NCBI GenBank assembly: GCA_965207595.1
Contig: CBDBMW010000012.1
Span: forward strand, 1,313,998 to 1,377,997
DNA length: 64,000 nucleotides
DNA from: Vicinamibacterales bacterium
GTDB taxonomy: Bacteria > Acidobacteriota > Vicinamibacteria > Vicinamibacterales > UBA8438
Direction: 5' to 3'
Notes under the pieces: model-generated
Told to the model about the DNA's origin: nothing
The model's database searches: none
What the model saw: only the letters and a program-made list of their open reading frames with translations
Made by a program: the position numbers and the translations under genes
Shown here: piece after piece, positions 33,894-43,453 of the stretch
Layout: every line of letters starts with the position of its first letter
Numbering within the stretch: the first letter of the stretch is position 1

Positions 33894-34038
33894 TCCCCCA
33901 ACTTTCGCCTTCCGGCCTCATCCGACACTGTCCGGCGTCGTCCGTACCAAAAGCGCCAATAAAACCGCTTGGTGCGGATAGGTCGTCTGGAGTCGTCCGT
34001 TGACTTTCGCTTGCATCCGGAAAATAATTGGTAGCAAG

Positions 34039-35583
34039 ATGAGCAATCAAACGGTACGGGAACAGACGGCGAAAGCACGCCGGACCCTGCCCAAGAAGCA
34101 GCGGGCCACGAAGCGCCGAGGCCGGCATCCCGACAAGGCCCTGACCGCCGCCTTCTGCCGCAACGTCGCCGAGGCCGGGCGCTACTGCGATGGCAACGGG
34201 TTGTACCTGCACGTCGACCCGTCCGGGGCGCGCCGCTGGGTGCAGCGGCTCGTGATCTGCGGCAAGCCGCACGTGCTCGGGCTCGGGAGCTACACGCTCG
34301 TGTCGCTCGCCGACGCCCGCGAGCTGGCGCTCGCCAATCGGAAGCTCGCCCGGTCGGGCGGCGACCCGCTCGCCGCGAAGCGCCGCGTCCACGGCATGCC
34401 CACCTTCGAGGAGGCCGCCGCCAAGGTGCTGGAGCAGAAGCGCGGCGCGTGGCACAATCCGAAGCATGCTCACGACTGGCCCAAGAGTCTTCGACTGTAC
34501 GCGTTCCCGCAGATCGGGGACAAGCCGGTCGGCGACGTGACGTCGGCCGACGTGTTGCACGTCCTGACGCCGATCTGGCACGAGAAGCCCGAGACGGCGC
34601 GCCGCGTTCGGCAGCGCATCAGCACCGTCATGAAGTGGGCCGTGGCGATGCAGCACCGGCCGGACAACCCGGCCGGCGACGCGGTCGGGCAGGCGCTCGG
34701 CCGCCAGCGGGCCGTCGTCCGGCACATGCCGGCGCTTCCCCACGGCGAGGTCGCCGCCGCGGTGGAGGCCGTACGCGCGTCGCGGGCGTGGAGCGGGACC
34801 AAGCTGGCCTTCGAGTTCCTGGTGTTGACAGCCGCCCGGTCGGGAGAAGTGCGGCTCGCCACCTGGACGGAGATCGACATGGACGCGGAGGTCTGGACGG
34901 TTCCCGCGGTGCGCATGAAGGCCATGCGCGAGCACCGCGTGCCGCTGTGCGAACGTGCCCTGAAGATCCTGGACGAGGCGGCGGCGCTGGGCGACGGGAC
35001 GGACCTCGTGTTCCCGAGCCGGCGGGGAAAGACGCTCTCGGACATGACGCTGTCGAAGCTCGTCAAGGAGCAGGGCATCGACGCCGTGCCACACGGCTTC
35101 CGATCCTCGTTCCGGGACTGGGCTGCGGAGCGGACCAATCACCCGCGGGAGGTCGTCGAGGCGGCGCTGGCCCATGTCGTGAAGAACCCGGTCGAGGCGG
35201 CCTATGCCCGCTCGGACCTGTTCGAGCGGCGGCGGACGCTGATGAACGACTGGGACGCCTATCTCGCCGACACACACCCTCATCGCCCGACCGTGGGACC
35301 AGCGGGACACGAAACCGCCAGCGCCACGGCACCAGCCGGCGCACCCGATCCGACCCCGCCTCCCCGGGTCGACCACACCGCCCCGCAACGAGGCGGTCAG
35401 CCGGAGATCACGGACGGGGATCGGGTGCAGGTACGGATCGAGCGGGAAAGGGCATCGAGCGGAACGGCGGACACGAGCAGATCCCGGAGCACGACGAAGG
35501 CGAGCCGGGCGGTGACGAGCAAGAGCCGGGCGCCACGATCAGAGGAACGACGGCTGGCTCATGACATCCGCTGCATGTCATGA
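34039..35583 (+). CDS. P4-type tyrosine integrase with arm-binding domain and low-complexity C-terminal extension
   Basis: YCDGNGLYLHV...LGLGSYTLVSLADARE; catalytic ARSGEVR, HGFRSSFRDW, LAHV, AAYARSDLFERRR. Confidence 0.95.
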   Translation: MSNQTVREQTAKARRTLPKKQRATKRRGRHPDKALTAAFCRNVAEAGRYCDGNGLYLHVDPSGARRWVQRLVICGKPHVLGLGSYTLVSLADARELALANRKLARSGGDPLAAKRRVHGMPTFEEAAAKVLEQKRGAWHNPKHAHDWPKSLRLYAFPQIGDKPVGDVTSADVLHVLTPIWHEKPETARRVRQRISTVMKWAVAMQHRPDNPAGDAVGQALGRQRAVVRHMPALPHGEVAAAVEAVRASRAWSGTKLAFEFLVLTAARSGEVRLATWTEIDMDAEVWTVPAVRMKAMREHRVPLCERALKILDEAAALGDGTDLVFPSRRGKTLSDMTLSKLVKEQGIDAVPHGFRSSFRDWAAERTNHPREVVEAALAHVVKNPVEAAYARSDLFERRRTLMNDWDAYLADTHPHRPTVGPAGHETASATAPAGAPDPTPPPRVDHTAPQRGGQPEITDGDRVQVRIERERASSGTADTSRSRSTTKASRAVTSKSRAPRSEERRLAHDIRCMS

Positions 35584-35887
35584 GCCAGCCGACCCAATGT
35601 GCGTACATTGGAGCTGGCGAGGGGGCGCTGCGCGCCCCCTTCGAACCCCCGGCGGCGTCCGGTGCTGTCGTGCCGGCGGACACGCGGCGGCGTGGCCCGC
35701 GCCCTCTCGCCGGTTGCGCCGCTGACCGGCGAGCGCCGCACCGTGGCGCCGCCGGCCGCGTGCGGTCAGCAGAACTCGACGACCGGGCCGGACACGTCGC
35801 CCCGGCCGCAGTCGTGCCGCTGCTATTATTCTGCCGCGCGAGGGTCGCCTGGCGCTCCCGCGCCCTGACGGCCGCCACAGCGTCCTC

Positions 35888-36232
35888 TTGGCGACAGACG
35901 AACCCGTGACCGAAGGCACTCTGACGAAGGCGGCGCTCGTCGAGCAGGTGGCCGACGTTGCCGACCTCACCAGGAAGCGCGCCGAGGTCATCGTCGGGAT
36001 CGTGTTCGGCAACATCGCCGACGCGCTCCGCCGCGGGGAGAAGGTCGAACTCCGCGGCTTCGGCAGCTTTCGCCTCCGGCGCCGCGAGCCGCGCAGGGGC
36101 CGCAACCCGAAGACCGGCGACCGGGTGGACGTGGCATCAAAGCACGTCGCCTACTTCAAGCCCGGCAAGGAGTTGAAGGCGCTGATCAACCAGGATCCGG
36201 CCCAGCCCGTCCCGTCGCCGTCGTCCGAGTAG
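35888..36232 (+). CDS. IHF-beta/HU family DNA-bending protein (island-encoded)
   Basis: LTKAALVEQV...KVELRGFGSF...RRGRNPKTG...FKPGKELK. Start uncertain. Confidence 0.9.
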   Translation: MATDEPVTEGTLTKAALVEQVADVADLTRKRAEVIVGIVFGNIADALRRGEKVELRGFGSFRLRRREPRRGRNPKTGDRVDVASKHVAYFKPGKELKALINQDPAQPVPSPSSE

Positions 36233-36558
36233 CAGGTCGGCGGTCGTTCCCCGCGAACGCGTGGCTAGCCTCTGCGAGCGGCGCGTCAAGCCGCTTCGCG
36301 CCTCCTCCGCTCCGCTCCGGCCCGTTGGGTGACACGCCGCTCGCGCCGGCTTGGGGCGATTATGGCCGTCCGTATCCGTCCGGCCATCGACCACTGGCCG
36401 GACTCGACTACGGCGGACTCGGGGACTGGGTGTCCCGAGCGCCTTGCTGCGGGGGCCGTCCGACACGAAGCGCGGGCAGATGGTCCGCCTGGAGCCGGCA
36501 GCGACCTGAGGGGGAGAACGTTGCCCCGTACCCGAGATCGTACCGACCTGAAGATCAT

Positions 36559-36686
36559 CGTTACCGTTACCGTTTCCGCTCCCCCCTGGGGGTGGCGGGA
36601 AACGGTAACGGTAACGCACTGCGTTTCCGCGGTGCGTTTCCCGACCGTTTACACCTTGTTTCCATTGGCGGAAACGCTGGTAACGC
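36559..36686. repeat. Iteron-like CGTT(A/T)C cluster with a perfect 19-bp inverted repeat; candidate replication origin
   Basis: cgttaccgttaccgtttcc (36559-36577) and ggaaacggtaacggtaacg (36598-36616), plus further cgtttc/gaaacg/gtaacg copies. Confidence 0.75.
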
Positions 36687-38459
36687 ACTGGGCGCGGAGC
36701 GCCTCGGCGCGGTCGCGGCCGTCGCCGGTGAGCGCATAGCCGCAGTCCTTGCGGCGTGTCGTGCCCGGCCGCTGGCCGTGGTCGATGCGCCCGGCGTCGA
36801 GCAGTTCGTCGAGTGCCGCTCGCAGGTCCGGGTACCGCCGGCCGGCGCAGTCGAGCGCATCGGCCAGCGTGCGCGCCGGCGGGCGGGCGTGCGGGTCGCA
36901 CCGGAGCAGGTGCAGCAGCACGCGCTCGGCGAGCGGCCGAACCGGAGTTCCGCCCGAGCGATCCTGTTCGGCTTTCTCCAGATCCGGGACCGGCTCGAAG
37001 CCGACGCCGGGTTCGAGGACGACGGTCAGCGGGTCCTCGGGCCAGCGCCCCGAGGGCGTGAGTCGGCGGGACCGCGGCGTCCCTCCGCGGCTGACGGACA
37101 CGATCATGTCGACGGCGGCGCCGATCGCCGTCGAGTCCCGGTACTCGCCCTCGGTGTCGCCCGATTCGGCCGAGGCGCTCGGGTTCTTGCGGTTGTGGTG
37201 CGAGACGGCGAACGCCGAGCCGAACTCGCGGGCCAGATTCACGACGTCGCCGATCAGCAGCCCCTGCTCGCCGGGACCGGCCGTGTCCTTCACGCGGTGG
37301 AGCTGGAGATAGTGTGACCAGGTGTCGAGGACGACCCATACCGGACGGAACCGCCCGACCAGACGCCGCAGCGACGCCTCGTGCGCCGGGTCCGGGTTCG
37401 GACGCCCGACGAAGTACACGCGTTCAAGGTCCGCGTCCCACTGCGATAGCCGCACCTTGACATCAGCCACCGTCTCCTCGCCGACCCACAGCACGTCGCC
37501 GGCGAGCGTCGGCGTCCCGAGAAAGGCCCGCCCGCGCGTGACGGCCGCGACCGCCGCGCCGATGACCGTGCTCTTCCCGGCCTTCTCTCTTGCGTGCAGC
37601 AGCGTGACCCGCCCGACGTGGGCGATCAGCCGTGCGACGACCGGCGGACCCTCTACCGACGTACCCGCCGCGTCCGCATCGCTCAGCCGCACCACGCCCG
37701 CCGGTAGGGCCAGCGGATCCGCTTCGCGATCGTACGGCTCGGCCGCCTTCAGCACAGCCAGCAGGTCTCGGCGGCTGCGGCCAGCAGCGACGAAGGCGGA
37801 CACGTCCTTGGCGCCGTCGGGGAGGGCGGCGATCCGGACGCCGAGCCCGGCATCGGCGCACGCTCGGGCAACCATCTGTCCGTGGGTCCGGCCGGCGTCG
37901 TCGGCGTCGGGAACGATGGCCACGCGGCGCACGCCGGCCGCCTTCAACTGCTCGGTGTGATCGGGCCGCCACTGGCCGGCCCCGCCCGCGTTACATGTCG
38001 CCGGCAGGTCCAGCGACCACAGCCTGTCGATGTCCTTCTCGCCCTCGGCGATGATGGCCCTCTCGTGGCCGGCCAGGTCGTTGAGGCGGTAGAGACGCGG
38101 CGTGACGCCTTCGAGGTTCCAGAGGCAGCGCCCCGTCCATCGGGCCGGCGCTGCCGGAAGTCCTTCGGCTCGTAGCGGATCACCTCGAACACGCCGTCGT
38201 AGTCGTAGACCGCGGCCTCCCGCCGCTCGGGCCGGCGGCGGTGTCCGTTCGAGGGGAACAGGTCGCGGGCGTCGATGCCGAGCGCACCGACGATGCTGGG
38301 GAACGTGCAGCCGGCGTGGCACTTCAGCAGCCAGCGGCCGTCGTCGCCCCGGCCGACCGACAGCGAGGCCCGGCGGTCGTCGTGCGCCGGGCATCGCGCC
38401 GTCCAGCGCGCGCCCGACTGCCTGACGCCGTCCAGGCGGTCGAGCAGGTCGTCGAGCAT
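36649..38459 (-). CDS. Zn-finger/TOPRIM primase fused to an AAA_25/RepA-like helicase; one frameshift near 38130
   Basis: ARCPAHDD...SLSV...LKCHAGC, IAEGEKD...PDADDAG...KDVSAF, Walker A AREKAGKST, VVLDT, SHHNRK, RDSTAIGAAVD. Confidence 0.88.
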
Positions 38460-38464
38460 GGCCG

Positions 38465-38710
38465 TCAGGCGGGCCGCTCGGAGCCGGCGCGGGGGCGGCT
38501 GGCGATGTACTCGATCACCTCGTCCTCGATCCACCGTACCGCCCGGTCTCCGACGCGGATGGGCTTCGGGAACCGCGACTCGGCCATCAGGTCGTAGATG
38601 ACCGAGCGCGACAGGGCGGTCGCCTCGGTCACGTCGCGCAGGGTGAGGAGTCTGGGCATGCCGCTTGCGGCGGCGCGAGCCCGACGGCCGAAACCTCGAT
38701 TCGTCGCCAT
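38465..38710 (-). CDS. AlpA family regulator/excisionase
   Basis: LLTLRDVTEATALSRSVIYDLMAESRFPKPIRVGDRAVRWIEDEV, with AAGGAG RBS. Confidence 0.92.
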   Translation of the reverse strand: MATNRGFGRRARAAASGMPRLLTLRDVTEATALSRSVIYDLMAESRFPKPIRVGDRAVRWIEDEVIEYIASRPRAGSERPA

Positions 38711-38810
38711 GGTGATACGCTCCTTCGTCTGTCGGATCGCAGCGGATCGGCTGCGTTCGCTTCGGATTCGAGCGTACCACAAAGGGGCGCAAACTACGCT
38801 ATATCAACAA

Positions 38811-38880
38811 CTTGTCCCCTTCAGTCCCCTTCAGTTCCTCGCTGGCCGGGCTGAGTCCACGTCAGTCCCTTTCAGTCCCG
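38811..38880. promoter_or_regulatory. Helically phased direct repeats (tcagtccc-like) upstream of alpA
   Basis: GTCC/GTTC cores at 38814, 38824, 38834, 38855, 38865, 38875. Confidence 0.6.
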
Positions 38881-39211
38881 CTCTGACCGGCTTCCCCCCC
38901 TTGCTGCATCGACAGGGGAGTCTCGGAAAAAAGATCCCTCGCGGCGAAGACGCGGGGCGATCGAGGCCGTGCGCACCCCTGGCTCGCCGTCGCGCCACTG
39001 GTCGTGTTGGCTATCGAGGTGGAGCCCGTCTGGGCACCCCGAGGAGCGCGCGTCGATGCCGCAGATTGGGTACAAGCCGACACCGAGGTCGAACTTACAG
39101 GCGGGCCAGCGGATCCGGTTACTCGGCGCCGCGACGCCAAGTGCCTTGCCTGCAACGAGATTCGAGGCGAGCGGGTGCGGTACGGTTGCGGCTCCGGGAA
39201 CGACGTTCAGA

Positions 39212-39308
39212 ACCGGGAGCGACCCCGCGCTTTTCGCGCGGCCAGCGGCATCGGCGGGGCGTGCAGGTTTACACGCCCCGCCGCGCCTGCTGGTTGGTCG
39301 CTCCCGGT
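39212..39308. ncRNA. Three-way-junction structured element (RNA or ssDNA), function unknown
   Basis: 13-bp stem 39212-39224/39296-39308 enclosing a 6-bp hairpin and a perfect 12-bp hairpin 39252-39263/39272-39283. Confidence 0.5.
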
Positions 39309-39803
39309 CGGTTCTTCCCTCCGTGAAGGGTGGGACCAGCGGCGCCCAGCGCCTGACCGGGCGCGCGTCCTGCGGGTCATGCGAGTTCGGGTGCTGTTCA
39401 CCCGTGATAGGCACCGGCAGCCGATGATTATCGGGAATTGGGCATCCGAGTGCCGATCCGCGCGTCCCCACCGGACACGTCGTCGCCGTCCAGGACGGTT
39501 CGTGCCTCGCAGGCCCGATGCGCGGGGTGAGCCCGTGGGACGGCGTCGGGGCCCGCCGCGATACTGGACGAGTGGCGCGTTCGGAAAACCTGATCGATCC
39601 AGACGTAGCCGCGATGCTGATCGCCGACTACCGAACACGAGATTCCGGGGTGTCAAGACCGCGAAAGACCGATCGGCGCTCGGCGTTACCACACCCGAAG
39701 ACGCTCAAGATCGTCGCCAACCGACAGAGCAGCGGAACCCGAACGGCTTGAGGGAATCCGGCGGAAAGGCGGGCCGCGGAGGTCTGGACTCCCCGGCTCT
39801 CAT

Positions 39804-39895
39804 CCGGCCGTGGCGAAACCTGGCAACCGCAACGGTCTAGATCTGGAAGACCGCCGGCCGCCCCAGGACTGCGAGTTCGAATCCCGCCGGCCGCA
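39804..39895 (+). pseudogene. Degenerate class II tRNA-like gene
   Basis: Acceptor CGGCCG/CGGCCG, D-arm GCG..TGG..CGC, T-arm GCGAG-TTCGAAT-CCCGC, long variable arm, enlarged anticodon loop, ACAA instead of ACCA. Confidence 0.7.
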
Positions 39896-40103
39896 CAACC
39901 CTACCGGCGTCCGCCAGCCTTGTTGTCGGACCTGTCCACGCCCTTGTACGTGCGACCTGGTTTGGTCGTGGGCGGAAGCCGCTCACCTTTCTCGGACGTG
40001 ACTTCACGGCCGCCAACATCACCTCCACGCTTCCCGCGCTCCTGAAACTGCCCGGAGAACGGAGCCTTGGAACCCGGGCGAAGACGTTCTGCCATCTAAC
40101 CTC

Positions 40104-40334
40104 CTACTCGATCCACCGCGCGGCCGATGCTGCCTTCGCGACCTCACGCCGCCGCTCCGGAGTCTGACCGGCCGCCCACGTCTTCGCGGCCTTGCAGGCG
40201 TTCCGTCTGATCTTCAGCTCCGGCTCCGGCGGACCGTACGTCTCCTGAATCTCTCCGGTCGCGATCTTCATGACTTGGATCGCGGCCGGTCCGGTTCCTG
40301 CCGCCCTCCACTCGCCTTTCGGCCCGTACGGCAT
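40104..40334 (-). CDS. Small basic protein of the MPxGPKG...KIATGE...AAARW type
   Basis: MPYGPKGEWRAAGTGPAAIQVMKIATGEIQE...TPERRREVAKAASAARW. Confidence 0.75.
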   Translation of the reverse strand: MPYGPKGEWRAAGTGPAAIQVMKIATGEIQETYGPPEPELKIRRNACKAAKTWAAGQTPERRREVAKAASAARWIE

Positions 40335-40521
40335 CGCGAACCCTCCGCGAGGTATCCTCCTACGCCGAACCCACGGGTCGCGGACGGTCCGACGTCGGGC
40401 CGCCCGCCCAATACAATACCCGACCACCCGTCGGGGAATAGGCGGGATCCCGCAGCACGTTCGCGGTTTCGCGTGGCAACCGACCCGGCGACCAATTCAG
40501 GTCAGGGTCAGGAAGGCCACA

Positions 40522-40791
40522 ATGCCAGCCATGCCGATTCTGTTGGCGGCTCTCGGTGGCGTTGTCGGCATCGCGTACATCGCGCTCGCCGTCAACGGTG
40601 CCCGCCTTGCACACGAGCACAGCCGCTCCAGTGAACCGGCAATCGTCTTCGAGCCCGTCCCGGACTGCAACCCGGAACCCGCACCCCGGCCGCGCCAGAC
40701 CTTCGCGGACCGGACCGTCACGCTGGACGAGTTCATGGAACTCCAGACCGGTATGTCCTACGCCGCCGCCGTCCAGGTCAGCTCCTGTTGA
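40522..40791 (+). pseudogene. Membrane-anchored protein, apparently truncated (DUF3862-like motif)
   Basis: N-terminal TM, then VTLDEFMELQTGMSYAAAVQV and an abrupt stop just before the peptidase gene. Confidence 0.5.
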
Positions 40792-40829
40792 GGAGGGGAC
40801 GCATCCACCACTGCAAAGGACGAAACATC

Positions 40830-42722
40830 ATGCAACCGACCGAAATCCTGCGGCTCATGGAACACGTGCAGACCCGCTTGCTTGCCACAGCGATCCTCGT
40901 GGTCCTTGGCGCCGGCCACGCATTCGGCCAAGACCGCATCACGCTCGACGCAACGGCGTCTGACCTGATCGAACTGCGACGCCTCACCGTCCTGGTCGAC
41001 GATCTCGCGCGGGCGGACGACCTGGTCCTGACCTCCCGCCTGCCGGACGCTCAGCTACCGGGCCGCGTCCACGAGACCCTGACGCAGCAGCACCTCGGCG
41101 TCCCGGTCCGCGGCGGCGGTGTCACCCGCCAGCTCGCCGGCGGCGTGCCCGTCTCGATCTTCGGCACCATCCACCGCGGGCTCACCGTCGACACCACACC
41201 GCGCCTGACGCCAGCCGAGGCCTTGGGCATCCTCGAACAGCGCTCGGGTACCGGACCTGCCTCCGACGACGAGCCGACCCTCGCTGTCCTGCCGACCATG
41301 CTCGGCCAGTACATCCTCGCTTGGCAGGCCACGATGCGGGACCGTCGCACGTATTTCGTCGACGCCCGCACGGGCGACGTCGTCCAGGACGAGAGCGTCG
41401 TCTACGAGCAGGACGCGGCGGTCGGTGACGGCCGCGGCATCGCTGGCGCGCGCAAGAAGGTCAGCGCGTCCTCGGTCGGCGAGGACTTCCGAGCCCACGA
41501 TCGACTGCGCCCCGCGGAGATCGTGACGCTCGACATGCGCTACAACGAGAATCGCTTCGACAGCCTCCTGGACTCCCGCGGCGCACGCTGGACTGCGAGC
41601 GACGTAGCCCGCGACGCCGACAACCACTGGCAGGACGCGGCGGTCGTGGACGCTCACGTCTACACAGGCTTCACCTACGACTACCTGCTGCGGCAGGGGT
41701 GGCGCGGCATGAACGGCCGGGACGGTCGGATCCTGCCGATGGTCAACCTCGACTTCGAGAACGCCTTCTTCATCTCGCCGCCGTTCGGGCCGGAGAAGAC
41801 CGGCGCCATCGCGTTCGGTCAGTTCCGCGATGGCACGCCCATCGTCGCGGCCGACACGGTGGCGCACGAGATCATGCACGGCGTGACCCACTTCTCCGTC
41901 AGCCGCCGCACGGGTGAGCGCGGCGGCCTGCTCCCGAACCACCGCTGGGTCCAAGGGCCTTCGAGCTTCACCGTCCGTTACCCCAGCGGTGACAGATGGA
42001 CGGGCCGGTGCGGTACGCGCTACCGCTACAACCCCGGCAACTGCTACGTCTGCGGTCGCGCGTTCTACCTGGCCTGCCACGACGGCCGCATCCTCCTCTT
42101 CATGGACCACGGCGGCACAATCCACGAATCCTTCTCGGACATCATTGGCACCGCGGTGGAGTTCTCGGTTCACTCAGCTGGCTCTCCGGTTCACGACAAC
42201 CGGGGCCCGCTCCGAGCGGACTACCTGATCGGCGAGGACATGGGCGTCGTCTTCCGGTCCCTGCGGAGCCCTCGCAGCATCCGGCTCGCGCCGCGCAACA
42301 ACCTCCGCTACCCCGACGAGTACAGCGACGTCGTCCGCTTCGCCGTGGAGTACTTCCCCGACAGGGACGAAGCGTTCTACTCCAGCGTCGGCTCCGTGGA
42401 CGGCGGCCGGCGGATGGTGGCGCTCCCCTCGTATGGCTACTCGGGCGTCCACTGGAACTCGACGGTCCTCAGCCACGCCTTTTACCTGGCCATCGAGGGC
42501 GGCCGCCACGCAACGACGGGCATCAACGTCCGAGGCGTCGGACGCGCGAACCGCGACCGGGTCGAGCAGGCCTTCTTCCGGGCCATGACCCACATGATGC
42601 CGGCGACGGCGACCTTACCGCTGACGGCGAGCCTTGTTCGCCAGTCCGCGATCGATCTCTTCGGCGTTGGTAGCCCCACGTACGGGGCGCTCCGCGACGC
42701 CTTCCGCGCCGTCGGCCTGTGA
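40830..42722 (+). CDS. Secreted M4 (thermolysin-like) metallopeptidase with FTP/PepSY-like propeptide
   Basis: Signal peptide, QQHLGVPVRGG, FVDARTGDV, AVVDAH, ENAFF, DTVAHEIMHGVT, IHESFSDI, GVHWNS. Confidence 0.9.
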   Translation: MQPTEILRLMEHVQTRLLATAILVVLGAGHAFGQDRITLDATASDLIELRRLTVLVDDLARADDLVLTSRLPDAQLPGRVHETLTQQHLGVPVRGGGVTRQLAGGVPVSIFGTIHRGLTVDTTPRLTPAEALGILEQRSGTGPASDDEPTLAVLPTMLGQYILAWQATMRDRRTYFVDARTGDVVQDESVVYEQDAAVGDGRGIAGARKKVSASSVGEDFRAHDRLRPAEIVTLDMRYNENRFDSLLDSRGARWTASDVARDADNHWQDAAVVDAHVYTGFTYDYLLRQGWRGMNGRDGRILPMVNLDFENAFFISPPFGPEKTGAIAFGQFRDGTPIVAADTVAHEIMHGVTHFSVSRRTGERGGLLPNHRWVQGPSSFTVRYPSGDRWTGRCGTRYRYNPGNCYVCGRAFYLACHDGRILLFMDHGGTIHESFSDIIGTAVEFSVHSAGSPVHDNRGPLRADYLIGEDMGVVFRSLRSPRSIRLAPRNNLRYPDEYSDVVRFAVEYFPDRDEAFYSSVGSVDGGRRMVALPSYGYSGVHWNSTVLSHAFYLAIEGGRHATTGINVRGVGRANRDRVEQAFFRAMTHMMPATATLPLTASLVRQSAIDLFGVGSPTYGALRDAFRAVGL

Positions 42723-43453
42723 CTCCTGGAGGACATGTGGTACCGCGTCTCCTCGTCTGCGCCTTGCTCCTGGCCGCCTCAGAGGCTGCGGCCCAGCCCC
42801 GCGTGACCCTCAACGTCGACGGAGGCCTCCAGCCCGCCGGCTCCGGCTTCTCGGACTCGGGCGATCTCGACCACCCGACGTTCGGGTTCGAGGCCGGTGA
42901 GGTCACGACCCGCTACCGTAGCGGAGGTGGCTCGGTGTTCGACGGCGGCCTCCGAGTCCGCATCGTCGGCTACCTGGCCCTCGGTGCCAGCGTCTCCCTG
43001 CACTCACGGGAGGGCAGCGCCAGTTTGGACGCCAGCCTCCCTCACCCATTCCTGTTCGAGAGCCCGCGCCGTGCCTCCCTGACCGTGACCGGCCTGGACC
43101 GCCGCGAGCTGGCCGTCCATGTGCCCGTCTTCTGGCTCGTCCCGGTGGGAGATTCTATCGAGCTCGCGCTCTTCGGCGGCCCGAGCATCTTCCGCGTCAC
43201 GCAGGACGTCGTGACCGGGGTCGGCTTCACTCAGCGCCACCCTTTCGACACCGTGCAGCTGACCCGGGCGCAGATGGCGGCGCGCTCCGGCACCAGGACC
43301 GGCTTCCACGCCGGCGTCGAGGTCGCCTACTTCTTCTCGGAGTTCGCTGGCGTCGGCGGCAAGGTCCGGTTCAGCCGGGCCGAGCTTGATCTGGCCGGGT
43401 CTGTTGAGGCCGGAGGCATCCACGCCACGGCGGGCCTGCGGCTACGGTTCTGA
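42719..43453 (+). CDS. Outer-membrane beta-barrel protein
   Basis: Signal peptide, amphipathic beta-strand pattern, C-terminal AGLRLRF. Overlaps the peptidase stop. Confidence 0.8.
   Translation: MTPGGHVVPRLLVCALLLAASEAAAQPRVTLNVDGGLQPAGSGFSDSGDLDHPTFGFEAGEVTTRYRSGGGSVFDGGLRVRIVGYLALGASVSLHSREGSASLDASLPHPFLFESPRRASLTVTGLDRRELAVHVPVFWLVPVGDSIELALFGGPSIFRVTQDVVTGVGFTQRHPFDTVQLTRAQMAARSGTRTGFHAGVEVAYFFSEFAGVGGKVRFSRAELDLAGSVEAGGIHATAGLRLRF

Noticed and set aside
39212-39308. Retron msr-msd or group II intron interpretation of the structure
   Set aside because: No reverse transcriptase is recognisable in the window.
39004-39840. 278-aa ORF across the non-coding gap
   Set aside because: Arg/Pro-rich shadow composition overlapping strong stems. 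At most a degraded small ORF lies at about 39379-39751.
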